From Raillietiella orientalis (lineage: Eukaryota): a DNA stretch of 64,000 nucleotides. Below, in pieces: positions 41,301 through 53,300 of the stretch (its first letter is position 1; the number at the start of each line of letters is the position of its first letter). The DNA lies in NCBI GenBank assembly GCA_036172245.1, contig JAYWIR010000034.1:310001-374000 (forward strand), read 5' to 3'. A program made the position numbers and the translations under genes. The notes beneath the pieces were generated by a model. The model ran no database searches. It saw nothing but the letters and a program-made list of their open reading frames with translations, and was not told the origin of the DNA.

Positions 41301-44300
41301 CTTAGTTACTTAATTCAGCATAAGGCCTGTTAAAAGTTCAATTCTGGGGATTTGAAAGAAATTTATTTAGCAGCTTTTTTTTTTATCGTGTCCATTTTTA
41401 ACAGATCGGTGGGTTTGTACAAATACAAAAATCTAGTTAGAAATTCAATCTGTAGGAGCTCATATCGGTGTCATAAATAAACGTCCAGAATGTATAGGAG
41501 TTGAGGCAATCTATAAAATATCGGTGTGACTTGCATAAATTCGAGTCAGACGGGTATTTCCGATGTGTATGCAGTTTCAGAATCTGAGGACTCGCAAGAG
41601 AGAGGATTAAATGGTCAGCGTCGCTGCATTACTTCATCTTCCTAATCTTCAGACGAAGTGAATTTTGAAAATCATCACCTTCTTGCGTATGTCTTTCTAT
41701 GGCGCCGTTGGAGCCCGACTTCATTCATTTCAACGGAAGAAGGAACATTTCTCTAGGAAGATCAAGAACTGGTTGGCAAGCCGCCTCCCTGCGTTTTCCT
41801 TAGTAAGCTCCCATTTTTCCTTTGACTTTCTAACGTCAAAATCATCAATCTTCTTATAATAACTGGATGCAGATTCATAATCGGTTTTTGCTTCTGGATC
41901 TTTCTACTTTTGTGCAGCAGTGCGGAAATGCTACTTTGAAGATTTACTTGCATTTTCATTTGCCGCAGCACCCCCTCTGCGGTGCACTAGTTAAGTTTCC
42001 TTATAATTTGACACCTCAATAAGAGCAATGTCAGGCAAGCGGACAGAAAGAATCATCGGGCACTTAGTTTCATCCAAACTGACCAGTTTTCTGTCTTGTC
42101 TTGTCGAATTCCTGTGTTTCCTTGTCTGTTTTGCTTTGAAATAAGGGAGATGTTCAACCATAAATGCTTTGGACATGGATCGATAACCATCCAAAGTTTC
42201 CCAGTTATCTGAGTTTATCAATGCATGTGGAAAGACCATTTCGAAATAATGATAGCAAAAACAAGCAAGAAAAAGATTCCTGTGAAAATATAGAAGCATA
42301 CGGATGTTGACAAATGTGAACTTCAACATCACTTTAGAGCTGAAGATTTCGTCAGGGAAGCTCAGAAATAAGGTCTTTAGCTAGAATTGAGCTTTAGAAA
42401 AGAAGTATTATCAATGCACTATCAATTTCGGAAATAAAAGCAAATTACAAGTGGTCAGCAGCGTTCGTGGTTCCTACAGCTTTCCCAAACTCCAGAGAAG
42501 TGGAAAACGTTGAGACAATAACTTGGTAAGTCGCTTTTTCCGGAGTAGCCACGCTGCAAGAATAACACGAATGGGTGAGTTCGTGTAAATCATTTGCAGG
42601 CTGAACTAAAGAAGAGCACACCCACGACTGCCTCTTGGTGTGGCAAGGAGCAGGCAAAGAGGATTCAAGGAGATTTTTGACGCAATTTTGACATTTCGTT
42701 CTGAGACGAGATGAGTGAGCGGTTGACTGATGAACCAGTTCATTTCACCGTTGCTTGGCAGCCACAGTCGGTGCAGCACGAGCTGAAAGGCATTTGATCC
42801 GTTTCGCTCGTTGCTTTTTTTGTGATATGACGAAGACAGCTATCCTGCTCTTCAAAGACACTGCAGATTTTGTGACGAATCCGTGGGCTGGGGGCACTGT
42901 GTGCAAACTGTTTCCATGTTAGTGACACCCTAGCAGCAAGAAACTGATGAGTGATGGGCGAAACTAAGTATGACAGTGACCCTTACAGAAATTTTTCAAG
43001 ATAAGCATCGAGAGTAAGTGATCTTAGAAGGAAGAGGAGGAACGAAAAGACTCAAAAGAAAAACTTCTGCGACGTTTCACTCATGGCACAGTGACCAACG
43101 GCTTTGTTTTGCTTTGCCTTTGGAGGGGAAAGTGATTCTACGATACCACTTTCCACTTTCAATCCAATGGCACCTTAAATCTCAATTTCCAGCCATCAGA
43201 CTGAAGGATGGCACTAAAGTATCTTGATAAGACGGTGCCTATTCAAAGGAAGACATGCTGCAAAATAATAACGGGCAGAGCGAAAGTACTTTTGCAAATA
43301 CGGAGGGCTGAGTTTTATTTTTTGTGTAAAAACTCGCACTTCAAACAGCTTTCAAGAGTTCGCGACGATGATTTATGAAATTCCAGAGCTTGATGCGCGC
43401 TTCCCTGAATCCAAGAGGAGCGTGGGAAAGAAAGTTTCGATCAAATCTTTTATTAAAACGAAGATCCCTTTTCTGCATGGAGATTAAAGCCAACAGGAAA
43501 CCTGCAGAGAAACTACATCTGAACTTGGTGTACGAATGCCATAGTAGTCGCAGGTTCCGGAATACCAGGCGGTCCTGTTTTGGACGCAAGAAGATTTTGA
43601 GAGGCAGGTAAGAGACAGGTTTGTGCAAGAGACAGGTTCAAAACAACTTGACCAGCTCAGAGACCTTTCTTTACAAGGCGATGGCTGTTTTCCGAATGCG
43701 AACAACCTATGTGAATGCGAAAGCAAAGGAGGGCTATCTTTTATCTGCAGCACAACTTCAACGGCAAACTTCCTCATCTGTTTTCCATCATGCTGAGAGT
43801 CGTTTCCCAGCAGGCGAAATAGATTGCGGTTCTTCTGCCCAATGGATGCCATGAACCAGGAAAAGGCAGATTCATGACAACTGTTTCGGAGGCCGCTTTG
43901 ATGGATCATGCCAATAATTCTTAGCAGCAATTACAAATGCTAAAATCTGTGCACTGCATTTCAGGAATGCAAGATTTTCAGCGCCATTGCGATGTCGTCA
44001 CTCCCTCTTCGTATTTACATCCAAGAGGCTGGCCGTGAGGATTTTTTTTTTACTCTTCATTCACTTTACTGCTTACGCAGAGATGTTTTCATTATCATTT
44101 CTTCCGTTTTCATTACTGCCATTACTCAGAGGCATTATGGTTCTCTGATTGTCTTCAAACGTTGAAGTGCAAGGGGAAGAGATCCAATTTCCAGTAGTTT
44201 CCTTGTCTTTGTTAGTCTCTGAACAAATCCCATCGCCTTGAATCGTTGCACTCGCTTGCGGCTTTGTGCGCACAAATCCTAGCCGAACAGAGTTCACAGG

Positions 44301-47300
44301 TAGACAGGTGAGGTTTACATGACCTTGGAATGACCAGGAAATGAACCCCTTCCAAGTTTCAGGTTTTGAATTCCCTTCCTTAATCATACCAACTCCTCTC
44401 ACATTAGCAATCAAAGAACACAGCACGGGCGAACAAACGTTGTCACCTCGGATATCTTTGCTGGTTCAGGCCAGGAACATAACCATCGGGATTTAGGACG
44501 CAAATGCAAAGGATTTGGGTAACAAAGCATTCCGGTTCCCTCCCAATTCCTCTTGAACGAGCGTGCAATATTTCATTTCTTACCCGAGGGTGGTCTTCCA
44601 CAGGAACCATCACTTTCACTGCCATGCGAACTGGCTTTTGCTTTATCACATCCACCACCAGCTTGTAGTCATCGTTAGTGGGTTTCTCGCCTTCTTGGAC
44701 CTTTTCTATTTCTAAAATACACAAAACCGATATACGTTAGCAACAAGGGCTGTGGCATTTCCTCAGATCTCAATTCTTCCCTACAGACAAATGGAACAGC
44801 GATCTCTTCCGTTTTGAGAACTCTGCATTGGTGGTCAGTTCGACCTTAGGTTAAGACACCAATTTTATCGCTTTTCTGATTGAATCTGAAGAATGCTAGA
44901 GTACTAGAGAGAAACTGTTTTGACCTCCAGTCAGTCATTTGTGTTGCGGATGGCTTTTGTCAAACGAGAGTGTGGTTCTTGTGCGTTGGGATATGCACAG
45001 AGAACGCCACCAGATGCGGTGCCAAAGCTCCCTTTCAGAGAGGTGGAAGGGAAGATTTTCAGCCATTGAAACCATGTGCGGAAAGACAAATGAAGGAAGC
45101 CAATTATGGGGGAATTTGCGGTCACTGCGTGACGTGCGCGCGATGTCCACATCTCCCAGAGGAGTCTTGCCCTTTAGTTATGAATTCTAGCTATTTGCTA
45201 AAAGCAATCCGGATGTGAGTCGACTCTGTTTGCTGATTCTGTGTGGAATGTACGGAGAGCATTCTGCTCTGGATCTTCTGGTCCTTTCTTTCGTTATTCC
45301 CGCGAAAACACGTGACGTCAGGGCTGCAGCGTTCAATGAGAAGAAGCGGGATTCAGCGTCGCAGACACACACTTCTGATACCCTGATTCTATTGAAGCAG
45401 TTTATGGACCGTTGGAAAAATGCAGTTTTTTCTCTCTGCCCCGCTGGATCCACTTTTGAAAAAGCCATAGAGTTCAGAAGCTTCGCGAGGATTTTGTAAG
45501 GGTGACCCTCTGATTACTCTGGAATGGAGCAACGAGCAGAAACAAGCACATGCACGCGCTCACACACACAAAAAATCTCACACTACTCAGAAACAGTCGG
45601 CGATCGGGCTTTCCTCGAGGCAGATGGACCGGATGCAAGGGAATAGAGGAAACGGCAGACTCCGTCGGCAGCTGTGCTCGCTGTATCTGAAGGAAGCATC
45701 AGGATACAAGAAGCGCTCGAGCAGCGAATGGAGAGAAAACCTATCGAGCAAACCTGGGAGGGGAGAAATGAGGCAAGAGACTTCAGAGGTCTAAAACCGG
45801 ATGCAAAAGAAGCAGGAAGCAGAAAGAGAAGGACTGAATTTGGGAAGCAGCACTAGATAGAGACGTACGCGCAAGCATCCGCACCGACTCGATGATGCAG
45901 GGACCTCTCAGCGTTGCTGAAGGAGAATAATGGAAGAAGCTAGCCTCATCTTCGCAAAAATCGAAAAGGAGATCTTAATGTTATACGGAGCTGAAAGGGG
46001 TGAGTGCCAAATGACTTCCCATTCCTCCGTCTGCTCTCGTTCACAGTGGACGGAAGCCTAGAAGATAGTCAAACACACACCATCGAGCCTAAAGACTTTT
46101 ATCGCCGTCCTTTCAGATGTGAAAGAGAGATCGAGGTGTGGACGAAGAGGTAGCAGCAATGGCGACTTGGATTTCTGTCTTTGAAGACCGTTCCAAAGAA
46201 GAAGTGCGGGAACGGTCGCGCCTAGCGTTTTCATGGAGACCAGTTGAGTTTAGGAAAGGTCTCTTTGGAGATCTCAGCCACCTCTCGCATCTGATTGTGA
46301 CGCAATGGGCGGTGTTTTCTATCTGCATATGATAGGAAACAACAAGATGGGGATCTAAAGAAAAATATTCAAAGAGCAGGATGGGAAAGCTGGTGGAGGC
46401 TGGAATCACGCGCAAACGGAACCTAGAGTCATTTAACGGTCACTACTGCTGAAGCTAGTGAGCACGATTAGGTAAAAATTACTAGAAACCATTACTAGTT
46501 GCAAAGCTGCTGAATCAGTTATTTATTCGAGGTGCATTGGTGATCTCTATAAAGTTTTTTTTTTTTTTATCGCAAAAGAGCAAAAACACCAGTTGAAATC
46601 TTTTGGTTACTGGTTTCGATTACTAATCTTTTGATGAATCTACTGATTCACCTGTCTGATGAGCTTGCTTTGTAGTACAAAAGAAAGAGTATGGGGAAGC
46701 TAAGAGAGGTGCAGGGGTGAGGAGGAGGAAAGAGAGAGGCTTCGGTGATTAATTAATGAAGATTTTTCTTGAATTCAAGCATTTTCTGAACATCTGCGCT
46801 TTCTAGGGAAGCAGCTCTTGTACGTAAAGAGTACTGAAGTTCAATGCATCCCATATTGTATAATGCGCTCATAATATTTGGGGAACTTAGGGCGATTCAA
46901 TTTCGAGAGGAGGGACCCTTATGCATTAATCATATGGCGCAATTTTCTTTCCCGAATCCTCATACGGTACTCGTGATCTCAAGGCGTAGAACACGTGCAG
47001 GGTTTCCTCTTCCACAGAAACAAAAGGAGAATGAAGTTTTGCGCATCCTACGATATTGCACGACATTTACAACTTCACGATTCTCATGGAGGAGTGTTCG
47101 AGTGATTCATCCCCTTTACAAAGTGAAACTCGTCTGGGATACATGCTTTACGTTGGGTGGCCTACCAGAGGTGTCTATGGAATGGTCGAAAGAGAAACGA
47201 GTACGGAAGCAGCTGTTAGGACTTCCTACTCCTGGAAGCTCCGAATTAGTTTGGTTTCTGGTGACCTTTCAAAAGTTCCGGATTCTTTCCCCTCTGCCGG

Positions 47301-50300
47301 ACAATGGGAAACGAGCTGATAGCAGCCAAGGAGGGGAAGCATTGTCAGAGGCACATTCTTCCTTGTGCCTTTGACGACGGTCCAGTCCATGGGAGGGAGC
47401 TCTCTGTCGGCCGTTCTTTAAGGTTGTCCTCGTGAGACCCACTGTAATGAGACCTTCAGAAAAGTTGGTGGTTCCTGTTCACCGATCATCTCTGACGGAT
47501 CATCGAAAGTTTCTCAGATCATTGGTCACGACTTGGCGACTACTATTGTTCGAAAGAAGAGCTTCAAAGCAATTTTCTTTCCGGAACAGAAGTTGTACTA
47601 CACGCCTCGTAAGCGTCCGTTGCTAGTGGGTCTTACGGAGAAGCGGGGGTCGATGGAAGCATTCAATTATTCACTTTATTCTAATAGAAACGATCACGCG
47701 AGTACACCTGGAAAAGCTCAGTATCGTCCTGGATATACCAGTCCGCATTTCCTTTCCTGAGTATGATACCTTTTTATGAATAAACGATTAATCAAAATGA
47801 AAGAATCACCCGGGCTAATGAGGAAGCCTTGCTTCCTCGTTGCTAGGAAGAAAGAGAAACCAATACAGAGGGACAAGGGAACCAGTAAAACAGGTGATGG
47901 GCAAATTTGCTTTTTTCGTGACCGTAGCGACTGCATTAAGGTTTGCTGTTGATTGGGACCGAAACGTAGAAAGGCCTCAGCGGGAGCAGTTGACGACTCC
48001 GTTCGGGGCAGGATGGCGGCGGAGGCAGACCACTCTGGCGTTCGTTGTACGTGGTGTGTCAAAAGGCGGCGCATCTGGACAAATCTATCACGAGCAAGCC
48101 GTACCATCAGAATCTCGTCTTTCGTCTTCCCGCCTTACCGAGTCATCCTGCTAGGATTTCGGGAGCTTTCGCCACCGCCGCCCCAGAGAGGGGGAGCTGG
48201 AACCACAAAGTGTAGGATGCGGAGCAACAGATAGATCCCGAGCTTTCGCCTCGAGCCAAAAAAGCGAAAAATACACACACACCGATGCGTTTTCGGAGGC
48301 CGTTCCTGATTCCCACGACTTCGTTGGGAATCAGAAACAGCATGATTTATTCCGTCCGGGAAGAGGAAAAAGAGGAAGATGAACACTGCCCCAGAGCCTC
48401 CCGAAAACATCTCGGACTCTTGGAAAGCATAAGGCTGGTTATTCTATCTCTCTCGCTGCCGAGAGAGTGTTTCCATCTTGCAGACTCTGAGGAGGGTGCA
48501 CAGGAAAAAGTCAGTCGAAAGATACTCGAACCACCTCCACAGATACATCCAAAGATTAAGGGAAAGCAGAAGCTGCTGAAAATTTTCGCATTTTTTGCAA
48601 AGAAGGCAGGGAGGGATCAGGTATGCGTGAGGGTCTTAGTGATCAAAACAAATCGAAACGCCCTCTACTGCTAGCTGAGACAAACAAACGTCCTCCGATC
48701 GGGCCGCGCAGGGTACGAAAGGCGAGGAAACCAAGGACCATCGGAAGAGCGGACGTCGTGTGTGTTCTTTGCTTCGTCATGCGTGCTTGTCAAGGGGAAG
48801 GTGCATTCTCTCGGCTCCTGTAATGAACGAGTCCTTCATTGCCATCTGAAATTCAAATTAGCACTCGAACCGAAAACGAAAGTAAACTGAAGCCACAGGG
48901 CAAGAGGACCACTAGTGGAAAGCGTCTTGGAGGATTGGAACACTTGCTGGGAAACTGAGGAAAGGAGAAAGCGCACGAGACGAAGACACGACAAGGAGGT
49001 GGTCGCTGCGCATTCTTTAGCAAACAAACGAACGTGGCGGCTGAGGTGCAAGGAAGCAACCAGTCAGCGAAGAGTTCGATAGCCCGTTAAGATGCCTGCG
49101 TTGGCGGCCGTGAGCGCCTGGCACCAAGCGTTGCGAGTTCCAATCCCCACATAGAGGATCGACGCCAGAGGAACGGGTTTGTTGTGGGTCCGGTTCCCCC
49201 CACGAGATAACGCTGTTTGACCCATATTCGGAAGCAGCACTGGTGGAATACGGATGCCCCTATTGAGTGGCCGGAATTGGAAGTTGACCCTACGGGATCC
49301 TTCCAGGAATCAAGGAGCTGGTTCTCTTCGGGATTCCTCTCTGTCTGTGCAAATGAAGTCGTACCCCCTTCCGGGAGGGACTCCCTCCATCTCTTACCAT
49401 GGAGCTGGTGGATTGATACCGCTCCAGAGTGTGAAGGAGTGCGCTGCTCCTTTCGGGAGCGACCGACCCCTCAAAGAAAATTTTGGAGAGTTTCTTCGGA
49501 ATCCTTTTCGGAGAAGAAACAACGAAGTGGTACCCTCCGGGGGGTTCCACTCCAGAGAGAAAAAGGAAGAGGTCCCCTTCGGGGTTCACTTCGGAGACAA
49601 CCATGGCAGAGCTTCTTCGACCAAGAGTGAAAGGAACGGACTCCTTCCTCCGAAGCCTTCCTTAATTCATAGGATAGTCCATTCCCGGGATGCCCCCTAA
49701 ATTGAAAACTTACTACATGCACCCTCGAGTGGTGTGGACCTGTGTCAAAGAGCGCCCCCTAAGGAGACGGACCATCCTTTAGCACTCGGCGAACCACAAA
49801 GAAAAAGAAAACCCGAAAATGCCCGATGGCTTAGAGGACTTGAAGCAGCATGCATCACGGCCTCAGTGGTGGCCCGGAAGCCGGGACTCCCATGATCGCA
49901 GGCACGTGGATTCCTATCCAGAAGGATCGATGAACCGTTCTTTGTCGGGTTTGCCTCGATCGGGAGGGAGGCCAGCGCCACAATGGTTTCGTGTGTTTCT
50001 TGAAGTCCGAAGCAGGGACGAGCGGGAGTTCCCCCTCTCTCGCTTCACGGGCATGCAGCCTCCAGGAAGGCGCGTTTCCGCCGCTTGCAGCCCGCTCGTG
50101 TCCCGCCTCTTCCCTTCCGACGGACACCGTCGCGCGTCGGGAGGAAAGGAAAGGTAGGAAGGGTTCCTGCCCGAACACGTAAACTGAGCTGCAAGGAGGC
50201 TCGGGGAAGCGGGAACTTCAGGGACGAGGGCTTTCGCCCGGAGTGGATGTTCCCCTTTCATCTCGTTCGGAAGAGCTCGGCGGCAGCCAAGGGGCCTCCT

Positions 50301-53300
50301 CTCGGAACAGGGTCAGGTCGTAAACCGTCCGGGTTGCTCAACGGTGGTAACACCGTTGAGTCGGAGAGAGTCTTCGGAGAAAGTTCCTTTCGCAAATGCC
50401 CCCGAGAGTGCGTCTTCGCTCTCTTCGGCTGAAAGGAGCAACACATGCCAGCGGCATCGTCCTCTGGACGCTCCGAGTCGCGCCCGAAGGGTATCAAGAA
50501 GGGGTGAGTGGAAGATGGGGGCATTTCGCGCCCGAAGTCGAAAGGGACTCACGAAGCAAATGGACAGGGAAGGGAAACGTGTTGCCTCGGAAACTGTCCG
50601 TTCCCGCGGCGCTTCGGCCGAACGAAGGAGCCGGGATGGCATATTAGCGGCCGGTGCTTCTCGCGAGCGCTCGCGGACGGACTAGTCGGGAGGCGGCAGT
50701 TCGGCCACACCGACGGTGGACAGCGCGTGTCTCTTTGAGCTTGCCTCCCGTGCGGCTTCGGATTCCAGAAAGCGGGATGAGTCGTCACGATGGCACCTTC
50801 CAACTGGCAGCCTCCGCCGCCGGCCGACGAAGCCCCACGAGTCGGAAGAACGAGAGAAGGATGCAATGCGTGAGATGAGAGCATCCGCCCATCACACGCA
50901 CGAACGTGCGTGTATTTTTTTTTTTTCACCTGCGCGCAGGAAGCAGCGCCGTGTCTGATCTTTCGTCCTCCTGGGCGTGCTTTGATCTGTACCATTCCCT
51001 GTGAATTTTTTGCCTTCCTTCGTCTCCCCTCCCCCCGTCCTGCCTGAGACACGCAGCGCTGCTGTCGACAAAAGAAGGACGTGCAGCGGCATCACGTACG
51101 CAGGACCTGGCATGGAGGGAGCGGGCGCAGCGAAAGGAAGGAAGGGAGGGGGAAAGGAGAGGCTAGAATGCTGCAAGCAACAAAGACTCCCATCTCCCAT
51201 GGCGCAAGCAGCCCCCAGAATCAACGTCATTGCCTGTTCTTCCCCCCCATTCTCCCTAGGGATGCAGCCGTTTTCTTTGGGAGTCCGAAGTCTCTCAATA
51301 GCGCACGCTGGAGCCGCCCTTGACCTGGGCACCGTCTTGCTGGCGAACGGCTTCAGGGTCGGACCTTTCAAGCTTCTGCCACAAGAACCGGAAAGGCGGC
51401 GCGCCGGTCAGGCCCGCCGGTGGGAAGAAGAAGGGAGCCCTTGATACTCCTCGCCTGCCAGATCAACTGATCCGTGGTGCCTTAGATGAATGGATGGCAC
51501 GCCAACGTGACAGGCTCTGCTCCGACGGACGGCTCCTTTAGCGGGCGTGGGGGCAAACTGTCCTCGCTGGGACTACCGGTGACCAAGAGCGTGAGGACCA
51601 GCGAGCGCTGTCGGCACGCGCGCGTGAGTTCCTGGAGGGAGGAGGAGGATCACGTGGGTCCCCTCCTGTCCCTGCACTCGTCTCAGAACGCATCCCGATG
51701 GTAGAGGCGCGGATTCCCCCCCCTCTCCTCCCAGTAATCGATGAGCTCCTGCGGGAGATTCCAAGGCCGTGACCTCCGGGAAACCTCTTCGAGACGCGAA
51801 CGGCGTGGAGTCGAAAGAGGAACGCAGGCCATGAAATATTGCCTCGGTCTCCCTGCCACTACCAGAGACCGAAGTATCCCTCTGAAGGCGAAGGTGCTCA
51901 CGAAGCGAGGGGATAGGAGTAGAGATGCTGCTGCTCGCTTTCTCGCTTCCTGGCGCACGAGGGCCCTGGTTGCGAGGGAGGAAGCTCACGCGGCCGGCCT
52001 GCTTCCAATGGGCCATCCGCTCGAAATGGATAACCTCGAGGGCGACGGCGCGGGGTGGACGGATAGCGAAGGGGAAAGACGGAACGGGGCGTGTAGGGGA
52101 GGTGAGGGAGAGCGATGCGGGTTCTCCGGGAGGAGGCGTCCGCGCACGAAGACGTTCCTCCCGTCCAGGAGGAACTTCTCCTTGCGCCCTCGGTCCCTCC
52201 TGTCGACCCGAGTCGGGGGCCTCCCCTTGTTCCCGTTACGCTGGTGTCCCTGAATACGCGGCTTCAAGGTCCCTCGGCACGCGCTCTCCGGACGGCGCTC
52301 CTCCGAGCTCCTCCCCCTCCTCGGCTCGTCTCCTTGCTTCGCTTGCGCACGTCGGCGGTGATGCTGCTGAGGTTTTTTCTTCGTACACACGCGCGTGCGC
52401 ACTAGGGGGGGGAGGAAGGAGGAGGGAGCGAAAAGACGCGCTTTTTTTTTCTTCTTTTTTTCCCCTTCTTTGGCTTCCGTGTGGCTCCGCAAGGGAGAAA
52501 AAAAAAAACAAGAACAAAAAAAACCTCAAGGGCTCGCTCGCGTCCGGCGCGCCCCCCTTCTCTCGGACTGCGTCCCATTCTCGCGCTCGGACGGCCTCTT
52601 GCCGCCACTCAGCCTCTCTCGCTCAAGGACCACCGTCTCCCTCTCTCCGGGCAACTCCTCGTCCTCTTCTTCCTCCTCCCCCTTTCCAGCCGCAGAAGCC
52701 GCCTCGGCCGCACCTTCAGGTAGGGCAGGGTCGTCGAGATGCCCCGAGGGAGGGAAGGGTCAGAGTATTGCGAGCAGGAAGGACAGGCGCCGCCGAAGAT
52801 GCCCGAGGTCCTCTACTTGTGTTCACAGGATTCGTCCTGGGGCGTCTCTAGTCGTGGAGAGTGACCCCAGGAGGGGAGTCCCCGCGGGGCTCGCCTTCTT
52901 GACCTTTCTCCTCTAGTCTCAGCTCGGGCCGCGTCGCTCTTTCCCAGGCATGCACGCGCGCCTCTCGCGGCTCTCCGGGTCGCGTCCGGATCTCCGCGTG
53001 CCCACAGACTCCGAGGGACCTTCGGAACCTCGCGCGCTTCCGCCTGCTCCGGGATTCTTCTCGAGATGAGTGAGGCGCCTCCGGCGACAGGAGAGCGACC
53101 GGAGGGAGGTCGGCGCGTCGCTCACCCTCCTGCTCCCTTCCCAGACGTTCCGTCCACGCGGAAGCGGAAGGGTAACTCCAGAACTGCGGACCGAGAGGCG
53201 GAACGCCGTCCATCTACCCTCTCGATCCTCCGCCTGCAGGGGTCAAAGCGCGGCGGCAAGGGGAGGGAAACTGCAAGCGTCACCGCCTTAAGACACCATC

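Noticed and set aside
49090..49150. Functional tRNA gene (also 57420-57480)
   Set aside because: Only degenerate A/B boxes are present; no convincing cloverleaf or acceptor stem could be drawn, and the similarity continues for ~700 bp as a repeat.
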